NCBI GenBank assembly: GCA_951406725.2
Contig: OX597818.1
Span: 17,546,001 to 17,610,000 of the forward strand
DNA: 64,000 nucleotides
Source: Octopus vulgaris
Lineage: Eukaryota
Direction of reading: 5' to 3'
Shown here piece after piece: positions 1-9,737 of this stretch (position 1 is the stretch's first letter; each line of letters starts with the position of its first letter). The position numbers and the translations under genes were made by a program. The notes beneath the pieces are model-generated. The model did not search any database, was not told the origin of the DNA, and saw only the letters and a list, made by a program, of their open reading frames with translations.

Positions 1-482
1 TATAATAAAATCATGGGATATTATGTGATATGGTTGATTAAATTGCATTGCATATGTTATAAGCTATATGTTATGGTATGTGGTATGCTATATATAATAC
101 TGTCCCATGATAACTCCTGCCTAGTTAGTCCTATTTTGGTGATTACACTATTTTCCTTTCTGTGATTTTCTACCCTACTGATCATATTATGTATTAGTGA
201 CTTTATGTAAGTCTCCTTTTGACTAAATTATATACCCCCTAGAAACTATAAAACCATACATACAACAGCACATGTAACATTACAACTTATAAAATCTCTT
301 AAGTCTAAATACCTTTAACTGCCCTCACTATGTTCATACCTATTACCCGCTCTTTTCAGGTTACCTTTATCTCTTCCCTATCTCAAATTTTAATCCCCTG
401 TCTCTTTAAATGTAAGTTATATGTATTTCTTATTATTTTCTATAAATTCTTATCATTTTGTTTTCTTATTTAGATATCCTTA

Positions 483-770
483 CCTATTAACCTCTTATCC
501 TTTATAAATTGTTACTTTTCTTGTTCTTAAATAGATATTTTTCAGTTACTTAAATCTTTGCAAGATGGTTATACTATATCCATATAAACATATAAATATT
601 TGTGTATGTGTATATATGCATATATGTATACAACCTATTAACTTCTTATCCCCTATAAATCATATTCTTCTTGTTCTTAAATATATATTTTCAGTTACAT
701 AAGTCTAAGTGAGATCGTTATACTATATCCATATAAACATATAAATATTTGTGTATGTACATGTGCATGT
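483..770. repeat. Diverged ~151-bp tandem duplication
   Basis: cctattaac.tcttatcc...ttcagttac...ttatactatatccatataaacatataaatatttgtgtatgt at 483 and 634. Confidence 0.8.
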
Positions 771-992
771 GTCCACATATATAAATGGTGTGTGTGTATA
801 TGTACACATCTTAATTTTTTTTCTGATTTATAGCTTAAAATTAATATATAGATAGCATGTTTATCTTTCCAGTTATTCCATAAGTAAATGCCCTGAGTGA
901 CAACATGAATTTCTTCCATCTTCTTGCTCTGTTAAAATATTTGAGAAAAATTATATTAATGTGTCCAACTGGTTAAAATTCTATTTATTTAT

Positions 993-1079
993 TTGTGCAG
1001 CTGAAGATGGCACTGCATTTAAATTGATGTAATGATTGCATTGCTCAATTAAATGGAGCCACTTGAAACGGTCATACAA
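993..1079 (+). ncRNA. Degenerate hammerhead-like motif at the end of an AT-rich element (probable Penelope 3' end)
   Basis: ttgtgcag-CTGAAGA-TGGC...GCCA-ctt-GAAA-CG-GTC^atacaa. Imperfect stem I and a 3-nt insertion before GAAA. Confidence 0.45.
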
Positions 1080-1544
1080 GCATCACTACTTGATATCCTG
1101 TTGCTTATATTGATTTTATATAAAAATATATATATTCTTTTTTTCGTTTACTTGTTTCAGTCATTTGACTGTGGCCATGCTGGAGCACCACCTTGAAGGA
1201 TTATAGTCGAAGAAATTGACACCAGGACTTATTCTTTGTAAGCCTAGTACTTATTCTATCAGTCCCTTTTGCCAAACTATTAAGTTACAGGGTCATAAAC
1301 ACACCAGCATCAGCTGTCAAGTGATGGTAGGGGGACAAGCACAGACGCATGCCCACAAACACACATATAAATATATATACGACGGGCTTCTTTCAATTTC
1401 CGTCTGCGTAATCCACTTTCAGTTTCCAACTACCAATTCCGTATACCAAATCACAAGGCTTTGGCCAGCTCAAGATGCCACGCAGTGGGACTGAACCTGG
1501 AACCATGTGGTTGAGAAGCAAGCTTCTCATCACACAGTTATGCC

Positions 1545-1575
<31 letters not shown>

Positions 1576-1956
1576 GTATATGGGAAAAACAGTTAGTATG
1601 TATATGTATATGGGGAAAACAGTTTTTCCAGGCTTGGGATTTCTTGCCCATTTGCCAATTAGAACCATACCAACAGTGTCATAAAGCGTAATGGGCGGAA
1701 CTGATATAAGAGAGATAACCCTGTCCTGCCTGAAACTCTAACTGCAAGTATGGCGTTTTCCTCCCTCCAGGCAGAGAGGAGGGTTACGTGTTATGGTTAT
1801 GGTAGACAGATTATGTGCCTCCTGTCATCTGAGTCTGTTGAGTCAGCTATACAGCAAAGTGTTTTATTGGTGCAAAATCAATGGTCACTCTGACCGGTCA
1901 TAAGAATCAACCTTCTAAATATATGTATGTATGTATGTGTATTTATATGTATACAT

Positions 1957-2050
<94 letters not shown>

Positions 2051-2199
2051 AATATAAGAGAGTGGTCACTATATGGCTCACTCTAGCACCAGTTAATCCA
2101 AAAGGTTTCAACCACAAAAATACATGTTTCCCATGAAAGTCAGTACGATTGTTAGCTCACACGGACAGGGCAAATAAAAAATAACAAAAATACAGATTA

Positions 2200-2281
2200 T
2201 TTTGGGACAATTGTTTCGCTATTAATGAATTAAATGTAATTTTACTTACAAAAAAATCCACTTGTAGCTCGTCAGCCAAAA
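2200..2281 (-). ncRNA. Type I hammerhead ribozyme in the inverted copy (same strand as DNAI2 pre-mRNA)
   Basis: Reverse complement of the unit motif: ttttgggacaattgtttcgcta...tagctcgtcagccaaaa. Confidence 0.85.
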
Positions 2282-2412
2282 CTATCTGGATGAAATCCAC
2301 TCAATCACACGCCAGATTTTACCATAACGATAAATACGCGTGTGGTTCAATTGATTACATCCGACGTTATGGTAAAATCTGGCGTGTGATTGAGTGGATT
2401 TCATCCAGATAG

Positions 2413-2494
2413 TTTTGGCTGACGAGCTAAAAGTGGATTTTTTTGTAAGTAAAATTACATTTAATTCATTAATAGCGAAACAATTGTCCCAAAA
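2413..2494 (+). ncRNA. Type I hammerhead ribozyme, unit 1 (predicted cleavage after C2488)
   Basis: ttttgg-CTGACGA-GCTA...TAGC-GAAA-C-aatt-G-TC^ccaaaa: complete core, stems I and II, and a minimal palindromic stem III (ACAATTGT). Confidence 0.85.
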
Positions 2495-2946
2495 TAATCT
2501 GTATTTTTGTTATTTTTTATTTGCCCTGTCCGTGTGAGCTAACAATCGTACTGACTTTCATGGGAAACATGTATTTTTGTGGTTGAAACCTTTGGATTAA
2601 CTGGTGCTAGAGTGAGCCATATAGTGACCACTCTCTTATATTTATTTTGTAAAAATATTATAATATATTATAAAATATTATAATAATCCAGGTTTCTCGG
2701 AGCACTAGGCCACTTGGTGTTGAATAGATATACTATTAAATTAGTATCTAATTCTCTCACCCTTATTAATTAATTATAATTATGCTACATTTATTTCTAA
2801 ATGCAGTCTTTGTTTTCCGTGAAAGTTTGGCGCGCTGTTGGTTGGGGCATTTGAATTATAACGTCGGATGTAATCAATTGAACCACACGCGTATTTATCG
2901 TTATGGTAAAATCTGGCGTGTGATTGAGTGGATTTCATCCAGATAG

Positions 2947-3028
2947 TTTTGGCTGACGAGCTACAAGTGGATTTTTTTGTAAGTAAAATTACATTTAATT
3001 CATTAATAGCGAAACAATTGTCCCAAAA
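2947..3028 (+). ncRNA. Type I hammerhead ribozyme, unit 2 (cleavage after C3022)
   Basis: Same motif as unit 1, CTGACGA at 2953. Confidence 0.85.
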
Positions 3029-3481
3029 TAATCTGTATTTTTGTTATTTTTTATTTGCCCTGTCCGTGTGAGCTAACAATCGTACTGACTTTCATGGGAA
3101 ACATGTATTTTTGTGGTTGAAACCTTTTGGATTAACTGGTGCTAGAGTGAGCCATATAGTGACCACTCTCTTATATTTATTTTGTAAAAATATTATAATA
3201 TATTATAAAATATTATAATAATCCAGGTTTCTCGGAGCACTAGGCCACTTGGTGTTGAATAGATATACTATTAAATTAGTATCTAATTCTCTCACCCTTA
3301 TTAATTAATTATAATTATGCTACATTTATTTCTAAATGCAGTCTTTGTTTTCCGTGAAAGTTTGGCGCGCTGTTGGTTGGGGCATTTGAATTATAACGTC
3401 GGATGTAATCAATTGAACCACACGCGTATTTATCGTTATGGTAAAATCTGGCGTGTGATTGAGTGGATTTCATCCAGATAG

Positions 3482-3563
3482 TTTTGGCTGACGAGCTAAA
3501 AGTGGATTTTTTTGTAAGTAAAATTACATTTAATTCATTAATAGCGAAACAATTGTCCCAAAA
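3482..3563 (+). ncRNA. Type I hammerhead ribozyme, unit 3 (cleavage after C3557)
   Basis: Same motif, CTGACGA at 3488. Confidence 0.85.
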
Positions 3564-3839
3564 TAATCTGTATTTTTGTTATTTTTTATTTGCCCTGTCC
3601 GTGTGAGCTAACAATCGTACTGACTTTCATGGGAAACATGTATTTTTGTGGTTGAAACCTTTTGGATTAACTGGTGCTAGAGTGAGCCATATAGTGACCA
3701 CTCTCTTATATTTATTTTGTAAAAATATTATAATATATTATAAAATATTATAATAATCCAGGTTTCTCGGAGCACTAGGCCACTTGGTGTTGAATAGATA
3801 TACTATTAAATTAGTATCTAATTCTCTCACCTTTATTAA

Positions 3840-3884
<45 letters not shown>

Positions 3885-3906
3885 CACAAATACAAACATA
3901 TGTGAA

Positions 3907-4205
3907 GGCGCATGGCTCAGTGGTTAGTGAATCAGGCTCACAATCATGAGGTAGTGAGTTCAATTCCTGGACTGGGCTGTATGTTATGTTCTTGAGCAAG
4001 ACACTTTATTTCACGTTGCTCCAGTTCACTCAGCTGTAGAAATGAGTTGCGACGTCACTGGTGCCAAGCTGTATCGGCCTTTGCCTTTCCCTTGGACATC
4101 AGTAGCATGGAGAGGGGAGGCTGGTATGCATGGGTGACGGCTGCTCTTCCATATACAACTTTGCCCATACTTGCATCTCAGAAAGGAACTTTCTAAGTGC
4201 ATTAA
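3907..4205 (+). mobile_element. tRNA-derived SINE family B (CORE-like body); other copies at 10044-10690 (x3), 24535, 31570, 36910, 59042 and 61285-61622 (-)
   Basis: Head ggcgcatggctcagtggttag...gagttcaattcc followed by cttgagcaagacactttatttcacgttgctccagttcactcagctgta. Confidence 0.82.
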
Positions 4206-4846
4206 TGACTGATAGGGGTCTTTATCCTTTATACATATGAACATGTTTCATTTGTAAATAGGAGGTACATGATTGTACATGTAAGAGAAGCATGTAAGAC
4301 ATCTCCTATCAGAAATTCTTTAGACAGAAAATCAAATGATACAAAATTTACATTTGGATGATACATTCATATAGATATATAAACATATATATATAAAAGC
4401 AATATATAGAACAAACAGGTGTCCAACAGATAGTTGTATGAGAAATTAAAGAACAAAATGCAGTCACAACTGTCACTATCATCATTATATTCATCATCAT
4501 CATCAGCATCATCACCATCAACATCATCACCATCATAACCATCATCATTACCAGCAGCATCATCATCATCAACGTCATCTTTATATATGTCATTGTCTGT
4601 ATTAATGATTAATGTCTACCTGTGTGAACCAATATGTCACATGATATATCCCTTTGTTTATCAAAGCATAACATGATGATTTCAATAAAGACTCACTGAT
4701 TAGATATGGATCTTGACTGAAATAAATAACAGTATCAAAAGCCCCTACTGAAAATTCTTGAACATAGTGCCCTAGAATTGGTAGTGAACTAATAAAAGGA
4801 TAAAAATACAGTCAGCATGAAAGACAATAAGTCAACTCATACATAC

Positions 4847-5008
4847 GCTTCCCATAGAAGTGATTGCTGTGATGTAGCCTTCATCCTTTTCTACCTTCTT
4901 TCTATACCGCATCACCTGCTCAACTTCCTGACAATTGACATCTTTTGGCCATCCACCTTCTTTGTGATTAATCCCATGTACTTCATATTCATAGCTTTCA
5001 GTGTTTGT
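4847..5008 (-). CDS. DNAI2: DNAI2 second coding exon (162 nt); gene continues beyond the left edge
   Basis: TNTESYEYEVHGINHKEGGWPKDVNCQEVEQVMRYRKKVEKDEGYITAITSMGS contains the EGGWPKDVN...RKKVEKDE signature. Acceptor tattgcag, donor gtatgt, phase 0/0, in frame with the previous exon. Confidence 0.95.
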
Positions 5009-5940
5009 CTGCAATACAGGGAGAAAGAATAACAACATTAATGTTCTTTTCTACACTAGACATGAGGCCCGAAATTTTTGGGGAGGGGGCAATCAATTAG
5101 ATCGACCCCAGTACGCAACTGGTACTTAATTTATCAACACCAAAAGAATGAAAGATAAAGTCGACCTCAGCGGAATTTTAACTGAGAACATAAAGACAAA
5201 CGAAATACCTGTTTCTTTATTACCCACAAGGGGCTAAACATAGAGGGGACAAACAAGGACAGACATAGGTATTAAGTCAATTACATTGACCCCAGTGCGT
5301 AACTGGTGCTTAATTTATCGACCCCGAAAGGATGAAAGGCAAAGTCGACCTCGGCGGAATTTGAACTCACAGCGTAATGGCAGACGAAATACTGCAAAGC
5401 ATTTCGCCCGGCGTGCTAACACTTCTGCCAGTTTGCCGCCTTATAACAACCTTAATGTTGGAAATTTGTCGAAGTTTTCAAGATATAGTTTCTGATATAT
5501 ATCTATCTATACACCATTCTATGTGTGAATATTCATATCTAAAAGAATACAGAAACATTGTATGAAGTTTGTTTGAAATTGTCGTTGAATGGATGCATAC
5601 AAATGGAAACAAAAAAAACAAGTGACAGTGATTTTGAAGTTTCACCTGTAAAAGTTCATCAGACTCTACATCCATATCAAGTCAACTTTCCAGTGACTCT
5701 CTTTACTCTTTACTCTTTTATTTGTTTCAGTCATTTGACTGCGGCCATGCTGGAACACCGCCTTTAGTTGAGCAAATCGACCCCGGGACTTATTCTTTGT
5801 AAGCCCAGTACTTATTCTATCGGTCTCTTTTGCCGAACCGCTAAGTGACGGGGACGTAAACACACCAGCATCAGTTGTCAAGCAATGCTAGGGGGACAAA
5901 CACAGACACACAAACACACACACATACATATATATATATA

Positions 5941-6611
5941 TGTTTCATTAGTAATGAAACAATTGTTCAGGGTCAATCTATTTATTCGTTATGCTTCACT
6001 TTCCTTCCGTTAAATGTAATGTTATTTCTAATTGGAAACATCTTCTCTGTGGCTATACTATCGGAGCTACTTTTAGCACTAGAGCTATCCACATAGTGGT
6101 AACTCTCTAATAATTTATGTATAAATTTGTATTTTTTCCCTAGTTTTTTGTGCTAAGCCACTTGGTGTTAAATTAATGGTATTATTAAATTAATATCAAT
6201 TTTTCACCCTCATTTATAAATTTATAAATTTAATTATGCGGCAGTAAATATTTTATTTGATGCAGCATACGTTTCCACTGAGTCTTAGCATGCTTTTCGC
6301 GGGGAATTTTGAGGCATAACTAAAAATGCAATTGGTTAAACCGCACGTGTATTTGACGCTCGTGTTGGTCTAATAAATTGTATTTAAGACAAACCTCTGC
6401 TGATGATTTATAGATGTCTATGTAAGTAAAATTACATATTACATTAGTAATGAAACAATTGTTCAGGGTCAATCTATTTATTCGTTATGTTTCACTTTCC
6501 TTCTGTTAAATGTAATGTTATTTCTAATTGGAAACATCTTCTCTGTGGCTATACTATCGGAGCTATTTTTAGCACTAGAGCTATCCACATAGTGGTAACT
6601 CTCTAATAATT

Positions 6612-6615
<4 letters not shown>
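5941..6615 (+). mobile_element. Diverged relative of the hammerhead repeat (~496-bp period, ~1.35 units) inserted in the internal (TA)n of a SINE
   Basis: 5946-6120 is repeated at 6442-6615. Hammerhead-like ctctg-CTGATGA-ttta...taat-GAAA-C-aatt-GTT^caggg at 6395-6468. Shares tgtaagtaaaattacat and ccacttggtgtt blocks with the 535-bp unit. Confidence 0.75.
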
Positions 6616-6661
<46 letters not shown>

Positions 6662-6999
6662 TACGACAGGCTTCTTTCAGCTTCCGTCTACCAAATCCAC
6701 TCATTAGGCATTGGTCGGCACGGGGCTTTAGCAGAAGACACTTGCCCAAAATGCCATGCAGTGGGACTGAACTCGGAACCATGTGGTCGGTTAGCAAGCT
6801 ACTTACCACACAGCCACTCCTGCACCTATTGACTGTTAACTACGGTTTTTATTATTCCTTAAAAACACCAATATCAAATAAATTAATAAATTGCATAATA
6901 TTACATATAAAATCTTGCAGATAAATTGAGACAATTTTTACAATGCATAAAACTGGTTGTAAATACTAAAATAATGGTAGTAGACAGATATATGTCTGC

Positions 7000-7980
7000 C
7001 CTTTTAGGTAATAACTGCCTCTACATGAGAACGAAATTTTTTTTGTAGCTGCTGCAACCTCCACCTTTTTGGTTTTGTGGGTTGCATGCATGATGCAGGT
7101 CTTCAAACTGTTGACACTTGAGTGTTGTGAAGTGTTGGTCCTTGCTTGAAGTACACTCCATAAAAAGTAATCAAGAAGGTTGAGATCTGGGCTATTACTG
7201 GGCCAGATGTTGGCCTAGTAATAGCACCTTCTCACTAAGGAAGGCCTGTGTTACTTTTGACCCGTGGTATGGTGCAGAATCCTGGATAAGCACCACATTG
7301 TCAAGCCCAAACTTCTGCTCTATCCAAGGTAACAGAGAGTTCTTCAGGATTTTCAGGTACTCCTTTGTGTTGATCTTCAAGCCAGACTCAATGAAGTGTC
7401 GATTCATGACACTTCCATCACTCACCTTCTTAGGCCTCCGTCAGTCATGGCTGACCATAGATGATGTCATCCGTCCATTGAGTTGTCTATTCAGTTTTTG
7501 CAATGCCTCCTATGGCTGTGGAGACCGATGCGAGAGTGGCAGTCTCGTTTGCAGAGGTCACACCTATACATTGAATCCAGTCTGTTGGCTGTCATTTTTT
7601 TTCTGCAGGCTCGGTTTTCAGCTGTCACCACCCTCAAATTCTCTTTGCCAGTCTGCAGTTGTTTGTGAAGAGTGCCTTCCCAGCTGGTTCGGTTGGCTGC
7701 AAGATCCTCCCAGGAATTGGTGTTGATGCCAAGTGCCATCACTCACCACAGCTCCAAATACCATCACAGAGGTAGGATTCTTAGTCTCGAACACGGGCAA
7801 TGTCAGAAAAGTTGTATGCAGTCACTCAAGAATTTCTGCGATTCACCTCAGTGTCCACAGTAGACATTTTCTCATCCACAAACACAAGAGTTTTTCCTGC
7901 ACTTTGATGCTTGATGAATGACAAGGTTTAGGCATCTCTTGACACTGATTGTTTTGGCCTTGGCTGTTTGTAGGTGACGG
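7000..7980 (-). mobile_element. Degenerate maT/DD37D-type Tc1/mariner transposase remnant interrupted by an RTE fragment
   Basis: PVFETKNPTSVMVFGAVVSDG / ...GLKINTKEYLKIL...LLPW...IQDSAPYH, then WPSNSPDLNLLDYFLWSVL after a frameshift. Boundaries approximate. Confidence 0.75.
7427..7735 (-). mobile_element. RTE LINE 3' fragment with 12-bp TSD
   Basis: WEDLAANRTSW...CDLCKRDCHSRIGLHSHRRHC (RTE C-terminal Zn motif). Direct repeat ccatcactcacc at 7415-7426 and 7736-7747. Confidence 0.85.
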
Positions 7981-8078
7981 TATCATGAAACATAGCTAGT
8001 CATACTAATGTTCCTATTCACAGCTCTGGATATACATGCATATATATATATATATATATACACACATACATATATATA

Positions 8079-9737
8079 TTGGGTTGGCAACTAAGTTCTC
8101 GTTGTAAATTTTTTAAAAGGTTTAAGAAAAATAACAACTAATTAATCAATAATGTTTTCACCCTTGTTGTTTACAACTTCTTCCCAGTGTTCAACAAGAT
8201 TTTCAATATCTCATTGATAGAAATCACCCAATTTCGACTCGAAAAATTGATCCAACCAAGCTCTCAATTCTGCATCAGTATTGAACGAAACTCTGCACAT
8301 AGCATTTGAAAGAGATCAAAAGAGGTTGAAATCCATTGGTGCTAAATCAGAAGAGTATGGCAGGTGTGGCAGCACTTCCCAGCCATGCTTTCAAATGGCT
8401 TCCTTGGTCATATTGGTGATATGAGGGCAGGCATTGTCATACAGCAGAAGAACTCTGTGTGGAACCCATGCTACGTAATTATGAAACTTTCCCATCAAGT
8501 GAAGATGCTTCTCTATAGCAGTGTGGGAGCATTCCATTTTCTCTGCCAGTTCCCTTGTCATTTGATGAAAATTTTCGTGCAAAAGATGGTTTAATTGCTC
8601 TTCTTTGAACTCAACTGGACGGCCAGAGCAAGGTGCATCTTTGAGGTCAAAATTTCCATTTTTGAACTTGGCATACCAATCACAAGTGGTTCTTTCAGCT
8701 ATGGCACCCTTTCCATACACAACACAAATGTCGTGAGCAGCTTTTGCAACCTTAGAACCTTGATCAAAAGCAAAAAGATGGAGGTGTCGAAAATGCTCAT
8801 TTTTCTTAACTTGACGTTCCATTTGTAGTGGATCTTGCAAGCATGAAATGGATTCGATCCACCATAGCCAAATTTAAATTAACACTGCAACAGAACTTTT
8901 CCCGTGGTGGAACAATGGTTTTTCTCTGACCGCAGTTTTACATTTTCCAGATGCCTTTCACTAGGCCGAAATAATGTCTTCACCACTTGACCCTTCTACT
9001 TCACCAAAAGCTAGAATAGAGATAACAAGATCACCAACTAAATCTATTGTTCTCAATGATATATCTATCCTTCTGGATAGTTATAAAAGCAAGCACACCC
9101 CAAGCAAAAATCACTTAGTCGTAGTCGGTGATGACTCAATGAGTTCAGTCACATGGTGATGACTCAATGACAACAAAGTCTGGCTGACCAGCTACAACCT
9201 TGGTCAGAGGAGGAAATGAAGTTTACTGTCAGCAACTGAGAGACAATGTCCCACACCATACTACTCTCACTAGCTCTAATTCTGTTCTCTTACAACATCA
9301 TTCTATCTCTCTTTGTAATTACTTCTAAACAATGAAGGGGACACAAACATAAACTTTACTTCACATGCTTTTGGATTTATCATTACCTGCCCATTGAGGC
9401 AAGGTATTGTAACATAACGTTAAATAAACATTTCCTTAAAACTTCATGCATTGTTCATCTTTCACTTCCTACAGGATGCAATTATAACAACAAAATTTTA
9501 TCGTTACAACTGCTGACTCCGACATTTCACAATATTGTTTACAAATCAATTTCTTCCATTACACATTTTAATGATCTGAAAATAAACAAAAATTAACTAA
9601 AATTAACTAGAAAAAAAGCAAGATAGATTCCAAAATGATTCAAAAATAGAATTCTTGAAAAAAATAGATTTCAAAATTTAAAAACGCAATAAATTCCAAA
9701 ACTTTAAAAAAACACGGGATCTTAGATGCCAACCCAA
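8079..9737 (-). mobile_element. Internally deleted mariner, mellifera-subfamily-like
   Basis: TIRs TTGGGTTGGCAACTAAG / CTTAGATGCCAACCCAA with TA duplication. Transposase EHFRHL...SGRPVE...WVPH is joined directly to LLLYDNACPH...PYSSDLAP (central deletion, stop codons). Confidence 0.88.

Larger units (their letters stand above)
2045..3848 (+). mobile_element. Non-coding 535-bp tandem array with hammerhead ribozymes (retrozyme-like / non-autonomous Penelope-like pLTR array) plus inverted 5' copy
   Basis: Units restart at 2365, 2899 and 3434 and differ at only a few bases. Inverted partial copy at 2045-2370. (TA)n on both sides. No ORF of 60 aa or more lies within the array. Confidence 0.85.

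Noticed and set aside
695-919. ORF MEEIHVV... as the next DNAI2 exon
   Set aside because: No resemblance to the expected MEHCIKQNNAIDIY segment; that exon must lie left of the window.
2045-3848. CRISPR array or simple satellite interpretation
   Set aside because: No unique spacers and eukaryotic context. The units carry a ribozyme and an inverted 5' copy, unlike a plain satellite.
3907-3985. tRNA gene
   Set aside because: A- and B-box-like head continues into a SINE body present in many copies; no intact cloverleaf.
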